The notes beneath the pieces were generated by a model. The model searched no databases. It was not told where the DNA came from and saw only the letters and a list, made by a program, of their open reading frames with translations. DNA of 64,000 nucleotides from NCBI RefSeq assembly GCF_009914755.1, contig NC_060928.1, one strand, 5' to 3'. Shown here piece by piece: positions 42,203 through 54,200 of the stretch. Source of the stretch: the human T2T-CHM13v2.0 reference genome, Homo sapiens. The first letter of the stretch is position 1. Every line of letters begins with the position of its first letter. Made by a program: the position numbers and the translations under genes.

Positions 42203-45200
42203 CTTTTTCTTTTTTTTTTCTAGACAATTAAGTTAAACTCAGGGTGACTTTTAATATTGCCAGTCAATATTAATGAAACACAAGTCAAAGACAAATACAA
42301 ACATATTTTACAACAAAATCAGTGAGAAAGCCATGGACAAATTCTTTTTTTTTTTTTTTTTTGCAAAATACATTAGCCAGTATTAGTAGTCAAACGGCTA
42401 ATCACAGAAAAAAATCTATTTTGTAAAAAACTTGGAATGTCAGAAGTAATTCTGGCATTACAAACAGCTGTGTAGAGGATCACCAAGATAAGTTTATATA
42501 CACATACACTTGAGAGAAACCAGACAAAACATTGAACAACAGACTAACAATATGATCAAATACAAAATTGGGAAGGAGGTATTTTTTTAAGAGTCAGGGA
42601 AGTTCATTACCAGAACAAAATTACAAAACTCAGTAATTATTATACTGGATTAATACAAAATTCCAAAGCTTTAAAGTTCAAAGAAAAAAAAAAGGCCAAT
42701 AGCTGCTTTTCATCAAGACCAGCTGTACACTTTACATATTTGTTTCAAAAAGAAAGCCTATTAACAACAGTAATTGTTTAATGCTAAAAGTTTACAGCAG
42801 AGACAAAACTGAAATAGCAAATTTATAAGGCAATACTTCCACAGAATTATCATCCCATGTCTCATGCTAAGGCTACAAAGTGCTCCCAGTTGGATATACA
42901 AGTATAATTCACTTAAAACATATATATATAGAGAGAGAGAGAGAGAGAAATTTCATACACAGGTGCATTGAAGGCTGAGTAGTAATGGGCGGTTTTAGCA
43001 TTTGCCTTATTGAGAGAATATGTTTGTGATCAAGCCCTTGAATCCTTTCTTCAGGCCACCGCGGGAAAAGATACCTTCATTACAGGACAACAGCACACTG
43101 AGAGCAACACACCACCACAGCGGTTAATTTTGCAAAGACTGCGTTAACATCCGCCAGTGACTGACATTTTACAGAAGACAGACTGGTAAGACTATATAAA
43201 AGCCTGAAAAAGCTATGGTCAAAATACAGTTTTCAATTGTAATTCACAAATAAAAGTCCTAATCAGTAAAACCACTGACACCAATAGAGAGAGTAATTGC
43301 AAATTGGATTCTAGCAGTGATTTCGACCTAGCTTGCTTTTTTCATAGTGTTTTTTGCGGGATGAGTAGGTGGGAAATGAGTAGTTTACTAGAAGGCTGAC
43401 AGAGCACTTCATTTTCTTTCTAATAAGCCAAGATGTTGTGTTCCTATGCGTGGTGGACCTAGTGGCCTCTGATCAGTGAAGAGTGCTCCTTCCTCAGCTG
43501 CAGCCTTTACCATCTATGCCCTCGTGAGTTCTTTTTGTAAAAGTGTATTTTTGAAAGTTTCAACATTCAATCCTATACACAGTGGTTCTCTACTCTTCCT
43601 AGAAGCAGACAGCAGCAGTGAATGCTTTAGAGGGCCATTGCTGAGGGTCTTCTCTCTGGATATGAATGAATCATAACTTTTAGCAACTCTGAAAATTCTT
43701 GGGAAAGCACTTGTGGTATCTGAGGTAATCTATTCTCTCTGATTCCATGCCATTGGTCTCCATTCCTGGGAAGAGCACAGACCAGCAGCACAGACCACTG
43801 TGAGGGGAAGTGCAAGATATCTGCTTTTGGTAGATGGTATAATTCTCCTGTAAAACTTCACTTGCAAAAAAAAAAAAAGACTATCAGTCTCTTCAACTTG
43901 TGGGTTAGAGATCCTTGTTACATACCCACAATCACGAATTTTACAGGTAACTTTGTTGGATGCCCAGTCATCTTCATCTCCTTCTTCAGAGGCAGCACTG
44001 GGGATTGAGGTTTGAGACAAGGTTCCTTATCCCTGTGAATTAAAGACATTGAATGAATATACCTCGAGCCCCGGCCAACTTGCAGAAGGAGATCCTTCAA
44101 CTCTGCTTCTTTAAAGTAACTCGTGATTCGGTAATTTTCACTTATAGCATCAACAAACCTTCCACCATCACGGTATCCATTCTGTGTAAGCATATGAGCA
44201 TCTGCCCAAGCAGACAAGTGTCAAAGTACGCGAATGCCGTCCGAGCACTGCCTGAGCATACACTTCTCTCAAAGGGTTCTGCTCATCAACGGAGCCGGCC
44301 AGTGACTTTTCTGATCGCTTAATGGCATAAATACATGTATCCAGCCTCTCCACGCTGTTAAAACACAGAATCAAATTCTGCAGAGCCCATTTTCTCTGGC
44401 TCATGAAATTCTGTTGTAGGCCGAGAGTTCACATCGCTTTCAGTAACTGTAATTCTCTAAGCAGGTGTAGTTTCATCTTCAAACTCATCATCACTGGCTT
44501 CCATGTCTTCACCGCAGGAGTCAATCCCAATACCTCCTCGTGCTACCACGACGCTGTCCTAGCAATGACGCAACGCAGAATCCGGAGTAAAAGGGTGAGA
44601 ATTCACAGGAGGAATCTGTGGCCGATCAAATCCCTTTTCCTGGTATTTCTGTGTCTCTGAAGAGGGAACTAAGCAGAGGTGAACAGCGCTGCGATCCATC
44701 CCTGGAGCTTTGGAGCGCAGACTCTCGGGCGTGCGGCGGTGTCAGAGCCGCGCTTGCGGGAGGACTGCGCGGGGCACCCGGGGGTCCCACAGGGACCAGC
44801 AGACGCCCCCTCCGTGCCCGGCGCGCCCCGCAGCCCCGCACGAGGCGTTCCCAGGGCCCCGGCGCCCCGGCCGGGAAGAGCCGCCCAGGAATCAGGCAGC
44901 CGCCGGGCCTCGACCTGCGACGAGGAGCCGACCCGCCGTGTCCCGTGAGTCGCCCCGGGCCCTCCGCCCGCCCCTCCGCGCTGGGCAGGGCCCCAGCAGC
45001 TTGTCCTCCTCCCGCTCCCGGGCTCGGCCCGGGCTCCATGGGGCTCCAGGCGGGCGGCAGCGGCCAGCGGTCCCCTGAAGGGCCGAGTCCTCCCTTCCCT
45101 CCTCCTGCTCCTCCCCCGCGCGGTCGCCGAGGGCGAGACCGACTTTTGCCGCAAGGTGCAGGCGGCCCGGGCGGCGGCGGCTCGGGAAACGCATGGCCCT

Positions 45201-45365
45201 GGGGACGCGGCGAGGACAGGAGAGCCCGGCTGCGAGGTCGGGACCCTGAGGCCCAGGGGCGGGTCCGCGGCGTGCGGGGCCCTGGCGGCTCCTCTGTGCT
45301 GCGCTGGGCTCCGGGCGCGCGGGATGCGGGCAGCGGCGGGACGGTCCACACGGGCGGGGCGGCCG
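42203..45365 (-). pseudogene. Processed pseudogene of WEE1 kinase (5' UTR, CDS remnant ~45194-43385, full 3' UTR, polyA tail)
   Basis: Intronless WEE1 peptides in shifting frames: [118 protein letters not shown] at 45194; ATTAAA at 42255-42250 (minus); polyA remnant seen as the T-run at ~42204-42219. Many frameshifts. Confidence 0.95.
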
Positions 45366-45460
45366 GGTTCACCCTCCTGTTCCACCCGCGGGGTCTCCTT
45401 CACTCGCAGCCGCCATCGCCAGCCCTCAGCTCGGTCCCGGCTACACTTGAGAGTTCGGAG
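44680..45460. promoter_or_regulatory. CpG island over the 5' end of the WEE1 retrocopy
   Basis: Very GC-rich with dense CpG; GC box (ggggcggg ~45256); canonical G-quadruplex motif GGGctccGGGcgcgcGGGatgcGGG at 45306-45330. Confidence 0.85.
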
Positions 45461-45639
45461 GATTAATGGGAAAATGTGTGTAAAGTGCATTGGAAATGAG
45501 GGATTGTCGGCAGTTTCTCCTCCTGTTCCTCTGCCCGGCTCTTTCGTCTCCCTCCAGCGCAAAGCAGGGGACAGGCGAGAAGAGGGTTAAAGAGCCTGTC
45601 GTCTCCCAGCACAGGGCGTGCTAACCAGTGTTTTCAGGA

Positions 45640-45800
45640 TCCTTGGAGTGGGACCATCCCCACAGGACCCTCGCGGGGGAAGGGGAAAGCGCACACCGAT
45701 TTGACAGATGCAGAAACGGAGGCCCACGGAGGCAAGGTGAGCGGCCCAAGGTGGCAGCACCTGTCAAGAAGAGAGCTAGAGTCCAGCCAGGTCCCCTGTC
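45640..45800 (-). mobile_element. MIR SINE, unusually GC-rich copy
   Basis: gatttgacagatgcagaaacggaggcccacggaggcaaggtgagcggcccaagg aligns to the MIR core attttacagatgaggaaactgaggctcagagaggttaagtgacttgcccaagg. Confidence 0.7.
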
Positions 45801-46199
45801 AGTCTCTCGCTGAGCCCTGCTGTGTGGCGGACACTCTGAGGAGCACAGGCTTCGGCGATGGATGGCACGCTGTCCTGACTCCTGGGGCACCTTCTGTGGC
45901 ACAATATGGTCAAGGCTGTGTAGCGTGCCTGAGGTCCAGCAAGTGCATGAGGCAAAGAGAGGGCTAGAGGGGGTGAGGGCCGACAGGACAGATTCACAGA
46001 AGGTACCCTTGAGAAGGCAGTTAAAGCTCTTCTTCCAGGGAAGGGAAAGATTTCCAGGCACAGAGGCCAACATGTGCAAAGGCACAGGGGCAAGTACCCA
46101 CTGACACACAGCTGGAGAGAAAGCTCTAAGTGATGTGTGCAGGCTGCCCACATTGCATCCTCCTCCGGAGACCTGCTCCTCCCCAAACCCCATCCTTCC

Positions 46200-46900
46200 A
46201 GTTAGTGATCCAGGCCACTGTCCTCACCTCCTCTCTCACACCCACCTCCTGTGGGCCCCACCTTCAAGACATAAGAATCCAATTGCTTCTCATCCCCCAT
46301 GACTACTCATTGCCTTCATCCCTCTCCCCCTAACTGGTCTCCACTTTCATTGTTGACCCCTGAAGTCCCTTTGCAACCCACCACTAGGTGAGACCATATC
46401 AGTGCTCTGCACAGAACCATGGACTGGCTTCCTGTCTCATCAGAGTAAAAGCCAGAGGCTTTAAGATGACCCACAAGGTCCCGGAGAATTGGCCCATGCT
46501 GCCTGCACATCACCCCTCTGAGTTTGCCTGCCACCGCACCTCCTCTCACTTGCTTCCCTCCGGCCACCCTGGCCCTGTGCTCTTCCTGGAACATACGGGC
46601 TCCCCAGTCCCCCTGCACCTGCTGTGTTTTCTGCCTGGACTGCCCTTCTTCCAGATAGCTGCTCTAAAATTGCAGAACCTCCTCCCCCAGGGGTTCCCTG
46701 TCTTCCTTTCCCAATCTCTTTTTCTCCATAGTCCTCATCACCATCTGTCACACTATGTACATTATTTATTCATTTTGTCTGTTATCTGTCTCCCCCAACT
46801 AGAACTCAAGCTCCCACAGGATAGGGACATTGTTTGGTTCACTGCAATATCCCCAGGGACTACAACATGGTAGGCTCTAGATACATATGTGAATGGAAAG
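46200..46900 (+). mobile_element. L2 LINE 3' fragment
   Basis: L2 3'-end motifs (tctgtctcccccaactagaactcaagctccc...ttggttcactgc...gtaggctc). Confidence 0.7.
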
Positions 46901-48446
46901 ACGGAGTCAAAGTGCCTGGGAGAAGGAGGTGGGAAAGGAAATATAGGCAGAGAACTTCCTGGGGTTAAGGCATCTGACATTTTTCACGGAGGTTATGCAA
47001 GGGAGAGAGAGGAATCAGACGTTAATTTTCAATTAGGTAGAGAAAAACTCAACGGAGAAATAATTAGCATCTGGATGAGTGGCAGGGGAGATTGCTGATT
47101 GAGAGGGGCTGGGTTAATGTAAAGACCTCCACGGGAGTGGTTCACCAGCCCACTCAGAGGATAACAGAAGTCCAGGGGTGCCCAAGGAAAGCACAGAAGA
47201 GGCCTGAGTTGTGAGGGTCCCTGACAGCTGAGCCTCTAGTGGCCGGGACAAGATGAGGTCCGAATAGTGGGTGAAGAAACTGGACAGTTGGACCCAAGAG
47301 GAAAAAGACCAGGAAGCAAAACGGAGCCTACTGTAGGCTACAGAGTGGCAGAGCTGGCACTCATGTGGCTCCTTGGTTAGGCACCCTGCCTTTGGGCACA
47401 AGGAGCTCCATTGACAGTGAGGCCACTGTGACTTGGAAGCAGACACTGGTTCACGCTGGTCAGGAGACTGTCTTCCTCTGTGGCCCTGGCTCGCTATTCT
47501 CCAAGGTGCTGGTGACCTTGAGCAAGTCATCGTCCCTCCTGTGGGCTTTCAGTTAGGACACAGATTAGTGGAAGAGCGAGAGAGAGACAGAGGTGTTTCT
47601 GTGCTTCCATCCTTTCCCTCCCCTGCCTCTTCAGTGCCTGCCTGATAAAGTGGTGCCTGTTGGTCACACTCGCTACTCATTAAGTCACCTTTCCTGGGGG
47701 AAATTCCTCGCCTTGGGTATGGGAGGTTCCATTATTAACCCTTTAGGAATTGCAGAGGGTCTAATGAATCTGTGTGTGGCCATTTCAGGACCCCTTCAAA
47801 CCTACACCTCCAGACCCCTAGATCACCCTGGGTTAATATTGGGACAGGAGGAAGAAGCAATGACAGGAGAGAAAGAAAGGAAGGGAGGAGGCACAAAAGG
47901 GGATCGATCTGGGGTTTGGTGATGGCAGAGGGAGAGGGTCACAAAAGATCCTGGAGGTGAGGAGTCAGCCCAGGGAAGAGATTCCAGAGAGAGGGAAGGC
48001 TGTGCAGGGGCCCCAGTGACACTGGCCAGAGCAAAGGGCAAGGGGGAGGGAGTGGAAGAGGTGAGAAAGTTAGAAAGGAAGGGAAGGCCCAGATCAAACC
48101 TCGAGGCTCCCTTCTCCGCAGACCATTGTGAAGGTTTTCACTATTCAAAGTCCCAGAGGGCTGTGATATTGGTTTCCAACAGCTCAATTTGGCCCAGTAT
48201 CTGAGCTCAGAAGAGACTGCAGGGTCCTTGGGCAGAAACAGGGAGACCGATTCTGGCCCCTCACACTGTGTGCCAGGGCTACTGCGACAATGATGCAGGC
48301 CTGGGTGGGAGGACCCACACTGATGCTGACTTTGTTCTCTGGATTTTCACGTCTCCAAGGCAGTTTTCTCACCCATCAAATGAGAACACCACCATCTGTT
48401 GCAGAGCATCTTTGAGGAAGACACAGTGGCAGAGGACCTGACCCAT

Positions 48447-48904
48447 TCAAGGAAAATATCTTGGGCCCCAAAGTAACTAAGCTAAAGGGAAAATTCAAGC
48501 TGGCAATGCTTAGGGCAAACCTGCCTTCCATTCAATTCAAAGTCATCCCTCTGCTCACTGAAATAAATGCATATCTGATTTCCTCCTTTAAAAAGGCTAA
48601 TCAGAAACTCAAAAGAAGGCAATGGATTGTCTCTCACCTACCTCTGTCCTGGAAACCCCCTCCCCACTTCCAGTTGTCTCGCTTTTGCTTGGAGTTGTCC
48701 TACCTTTCTGGACTGAACCAGTGTTCATCTTACATATGTTGATTGATGTCTTATGCCCCTCAAAATGTATAAAACCAAGCTGTGCTCTGACCACCTTGGG
48801 CACATGTTGTCAGGACCTCCTGAGGCTGTGTCATAGACATGCCATCCACAACCTTGGCAAAATAAACTTTTTAAATTAACTGTCTCAAATTTCAGGGGTT
48901 CAGA
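48447..48904 (+). mobile_element. MER4A1-like ERV1 solo LTR
   Basis: aactaagctaaagggaaaattcaagctgg...accttggcaaaataaacttt. Confidence 0.8.
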
Positions 48905-49804
48905 GGGAACAGAACGAAGGCAATGGGGGAGCGAAACATTGCCCCATGTTTATGCAGTGCCGCTGTGTGTGGGGCATGTGCAGGTACCTGGGGGGACATA
49001 AACAATCCTAAGACTGGGAAAATGCACAACACTTTGGTAAATCTCCAGGCCCAGGAGTCTCAGAATGAAAGGCTTCTAGGAGGCAGAGGTAGGCCTGGAG
49101 ATTGGGAAATGGGGAAAATATTCAGGGGAAGGTGTGCCAGGTGGATGGACTTGTGTGAGCAAAGAACAGGAAGGTTGAAAGTATAGGGCAGGAGGGGGAG
49201 ATGGTCAGAAAGTCAATTTGGAGTCAGGTTGGGAAGAGCCCTTGATGCCACGCTCCAGTCTGGAGTTTATTTTGTAGCAGCAAAGCGCTTCTGATGGGTT
49301 TAGAATAGAGTACTAAAGCGAAGACATAGAGTCCAGCCAGAAACCCCAAGGGAGGATCCTCACGGCCTCTGGTGAGGAGGGCTTACTCCTCCACAGAGGC
49401 CATTGCTCCATCTCCCAGTCCTTCTGACACTCTCTCTTATTCCTGCACCTACAAAGTTTGGGATCCTGCTGTGGCTCACAGTGGAGCCTCCTCCACATCC
49501 AGGGCTGGCCTGGGCAGTTTCTTGGCTCCCTCTGCTCCTCTTACTGGCATCAGGTTTCAGAAAGCTTCTGTTTCCTGCTGCCACCCTCCCACAGGTGTGG
49601 CAGCCTCAGTATTCTGTGAGCTCCACGCGGGGTCCTATAGCAAGGGCCTGAAGATGGATGCTGAGAGCCACCCCTAAGAGGGATGAGAACTCAGGTCTGG
49701 TGAAAGAATGCAGCACCTGGAAGTGCTTTGCCCTGGTGCCCTGGATTCCGCTGGTCAAGGTCACAACTCCAGAGTCCTGCCTACCCTCCCTCCCCACCTG
49801 CACC

Positions 49805-50247
49805 TGTAGCAGGATAAGCCACAGACGAAACCCCTCAGACACCGAGTTAAAGAAGGAAGGGCTTTATTCGGCTGGGAGTGTCGGAAAGACTCACATCTCA
49901 AAAACTGCGCTTCCCAAGTGAGCAATTCCTATCCCTTTTAAGGGCTTATAGCTCTAAGGGGGTCCACAGGAGAGGGTCATGATTGATTGAGCAAGCAGTG
50001 GGTATGTGACTGGGGTAATCAGAACGGAACAGAACAGCAGGGATTTTCCCAGTGCTTTTCCATACAATGTCTGAAATCTATAGACAACACAAGCAGTTAG
50101 GTCAGGGGTTGATTTTTAACTACCAGGCCCATGGCGTGGTGCTGGGCTATCTGCCTGTGGATTCCATTTCTGCCTTTTAGTTTTTACTTCTTTCTTTGGA
50201 GGCAGAAATTGGGCATAAGACAATATGAAGGGTGGTCTCCTCCCTTA
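49805..50247 (-). mobile_element. LTR2-family (HERV-E/Harlequin) solo LTR
   Basis: Minus strand starts taagggaggagaccacccttcatattgtcttatgcccaatttctgcctcc; perfect 4-bp TSD cacc (49801-49804, 50248-50251). Confidence 0.88.
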
Positions 50248-50662
50248 CACCCTCTTTCTCAGCTCTTTTTACGAGTTCAGATTCTCCATTTACCTGCTTG
50301 TCTTCCCCAACAGACTGCCAGCTCCTGGAAGACAGGGACTTATCTGACTCACCCATGGGCCATAGGGCCTGGCTGCAAGCAGCCTAGTGAGGACTTCCTA
50401 ACCTCAACTAAACTGCAGGGCTCACTGTGGGCAGGAAGTAGGGGAGCAGCTATACTAGCTGCTGCCCTGGACCTGCCATGAGCCATTGATATCCATTATT
50501 TCCAACTCACAGCCACCCTGACAGAGCTTAGGGGGGACTTTTTGATTGTCTGCATTGCCACAGAAATTCAGGAATGGGGAAATCATGGGCAAAGATGAGA
50601 GACAGAAATCCTACTTATCCTTTTCTGGTAAAGAAGTGTGCTGGTAAGAAAACGGGTTACAA

Positions 50663-50960
<298 letters not shown>

Positions 50961-51429
50961 AAATGAGTAACAAAGGTGGCTGGAAGGTGTGGGTCTTGTT
51001 GCAAGCTTCCTGGAGACCCACTGATTTAATAGCCTTACAAATGTGCATATTATTTGGTCCATCTAGCCATTCCACTTGAAACCTGGCCAAAAAAAAAAAA
51101 GAGACATAGCCTTCAATACAATTAAAGATACAGAACAAAGCAAAAGATTGTATCACTGTTTTCTTTCTTTTTTCTTTCTTCTTTCTTTTTTTCTTTCTTT
51201 CCTTTCATTCTTTCCTCTCTTTCTTTCTTTCCTTCTTTCTTCTTTTTTTGAGAGAGGGTCTCTCTCTGTCACACAGCCTGGAGTGCAGGGTTGCACTGCA
51301 CTTGATTTTCAGGCATCTAAGGCAGGATATTGCTTAAGCCCTGGAGTTCAAAGCTGTGGTGAGGTATGATCCTGCCACTCCACTCCAGTCTGGATGACAA
51401 AACAAGACCCTGTGTCAAAAAAATAAAGT

Positions 51430-53479
51430 GTGCAGTTTAATAAGTTCCAAAATACATGTGCACCCATAAAGCCATTACCACAATCATAACAATGAATATG
51501 CCCATCACACCTCCAAATTTCCTATGTTCCTCGGTAATCTCTTGCTCGACCCCTCCCTGCCTCTTCCCTTCACATTGTTAGGCAAGCAATGATCTTTTTT
51601 CTGTCAGTATCAGTTAGTTTGTTTCCAGAGTTTTATAGAAATGGAATCATAACTCTGTCTCTCTCTGTGGCTTCTTTCACTCAGCATAATTATTTTGAGA
51701 TTCATCCCTGTTGAAGTATGTGTCAATAGCACATTCTGTTTCACTGCTGAGTCATATTCAATTGTGTGGATATGTCACAGTTTGCTTATTTATTCACCTG
51801 ATGATGGACATATTCACTGGTTCCAGTTTGGGGTTATTACAAAGAAAATGAAACATTTGTAAGCAGTCTTTGTGTGAACATATGCTTTCCTTTCTCTCTT
51901 TCTCTTGGGCAAATATTTGGTAGTGGAATGGCTAGATTATATGATAGGTGAACGTTTACCTGTTTAGGAAACTCCCAATTTTTTTCTCAAAGTAGTTTTA
52001 CCATTTTACATTCCCACCAACAGTGTGAGTGTTCCAGTTGTTCCACATGATAATATAAACTTGGTATGGTTAGCCATTTTCATTTTAGCCATTTTAATAT
52101 GTGGAGAGTAATTTCTCATTTTGGTTTTAGTTTGCATTTTCCTTATTTCTGTTGCTTCCAAATACAGACTACTGTTTATGTTGGGCATCTTTTTATGTGC
52201 ATATTTGCCATTTGTATATCTTCTTTTGTCAAAGACATTTGAACAAGAGCAACTCCATCTCGAAAAGGGGCTGGGTAAATAGAGGCTGAAACCTACTGAG
52301 CTGCATTTCCAGGAGGTGAGGCATTCTTACTCACAGGATCAGACAGAAGGTCAGCACAAGATACAGGTCATGAAGACCTTTCTGATAAGACAGCATGCAG
52401 TAAAGAAGCCAGCCAAAACCCACCAAAACCAAGACGGTGATGAAAGTGACCTCCGGTCATCCTCACTGCTCATTATATGCTAATTATAATACATTAGCAT
52501 GCTAAGAGGCACTCCCACCAGCACCAAGACAGTTTGCAAATGCCAAGGCAACGTCAGAAAGTTACTCTATATAATCTAAAAGGGGGAGGAACCTTCCTCA
52601 TTCAGGAAAACTCACGAATAATCCACCTTCTGTTGAGCATACAATCAAGAAATAAGTATAGTCAGTAGAACCAGCTCATGTCCCATCTCTGCCTGTGGTA
52701 CAGCCAGTTTTCATTCCTTTACTTTTCTAATAAACTTGCTCTCACTTTACTCTATGGACTCGCCCCATATTCTTGCTGGACAACCAAGAACCCTCTTTTG
52801 GGGTCCAGATCAGGACCCCTTTCCTGTAACACCTTGGTGAGGCCTATTCAAATCTTTGGTCAGTTTTAAAAATCAGTTTTTTCCGTATACACTCTGGAAA
52901 CATGTCTCTTATCAAATACATGATTTGCAACTACTTCCTCCCAGTCTATGGCTTATATTTTAAAAATTAAAAGTTTTTAAATTTTTTGATAAAATCTAAT
53001 TTGTTAATTTCTTATTGCACGCATTGTGTTTTTCATGTCTTATGGAAGAAATCTTTGCTTAATTCATTGTCATAAAAGTTTTCTTTTAAAAGTTTTCATC
53101 TAGAGACCACAAAGTGAAGTGATCTGGACCTGGAGATGTTTTTGTGAGCAAGTTTTTAACTAGAAATTTAATTTTTTTTTAGAAATTTAATTTTTAAAAT
53201 AAATACATGCCATTTAGATTTTTTTTTCTTGGATCAGTTTTTGTAGTTTGTGTCTCAAATGTATTTTAAGTTCTAAAATTTAGTGACATAAAGCTGTTCA
53301 GACTATTTCCTTATCCTTTTTACATCTGTGAACATCTGTAGCTATGTCACATCTTTTAGTCTTGATATTGTTATTTTGTGCCTGTTCTCTTTTCTCCCCT
53401 GACTGACTAGTCTAGATATAGGATAATCAATTTTATTAATTTTTTTTAGAAAACTAGCTTTGATTCTATTGACCTTTCT

Positions 53480-53520
<41 letters not shown>

Positions 53521-54200
53521 GTTTTCTATTTCATTGATTTCTGTTTTGGTCTTTGTTATTTTCTCTTTTCTCTTTGGGTTTAATTTTACTTTTTCTAAAT
53601 TTTTAAGTTTAAAGCTTAGGTCATTGATTTAGACCTTTTTTTCCCCTAATATGATTACTAATGATATAAATTTACCCCAAGCTCATTTTCAGAGGCAGCT
53701 CACAAACTTTAGTGTTTTTATTTTCATTCAGTTCAAAATACTTTCTGATTTTCCTTTTGATGTCTGCTTTGACCCATGGATTATTTAGAGCATGTTGACT
53801 TTTTATCATGGGTTTGGGGCAATTTTATTGTGATGTGTCATAATTTTCTTTGCAATTCTTGCACTTTGAACTTTTCATAATTTACCAAATTTGCTAATTT
53901 TTTGGCTGCTTCTTCAAATATATTTTTGATCCCCTCCTCTTTCTCCTCTCCTTTGGGGACTGCTATCATATATATATATATGTATATATATGTTAGGGAG
54001 CTTCAAGTTATTGTACTACTAGCTCACTGATGCACTCTGGATTTTAAAAATTCTTTTTGTTCTCTCTCTCTGTTTCATTTTGAATAGTTTTTGTGGTTCA
54101 CTAATCTTTTCTTCTGCAATTTCTAATTTGCATAAGATGAAGATTTGAGGTTTCTGTATCTTGATGTGTTAGGCCTTCCAACCTTCTGCTGGTTTTTTGA
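51430..54200 (-). mobile_element. Old L1M fragments interrupted by MER41
   Basis: L1 3' UTR/ORF2-like AT-rich sequence; (TG)n at 53483-53518. Confidence 0.7.
52227..52831 (+). mobile_element. MER41B-like ERV1 solo LTR
   Basis: tgtcaaagacatttgaacaagagcaactccatct...ggacccctttcctgtaaca. Confidence 0.85.

Noticed and set aside
45365-45460. Target-site duplication for the WEE1 retrocopy
   Set aside because: No convincing match to the sequence beside the polyA tail, so the 5' boundary is approximate.
44618-45590. Long Pro/Arg/Gly-rich ORFs (248-297 aa) on both strands
   Set aside because: Stop codons are scarce in a CpG island; the minus-strand ORFs are frameshifted patches of WEE1.
46900-50660. 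TMEM61 exons, expected if the duplicon extended further upstream of BSND
   Set aside because: No TMEM61-like peptide recognised in any frame.
52580-52620. Interferon-responsive STAT1 (GAS) sites typical of MER41B
   Set aside because: This copy appears deleted there and reads ttcctcattcaggaaaa, with no TTCNNNGAA.
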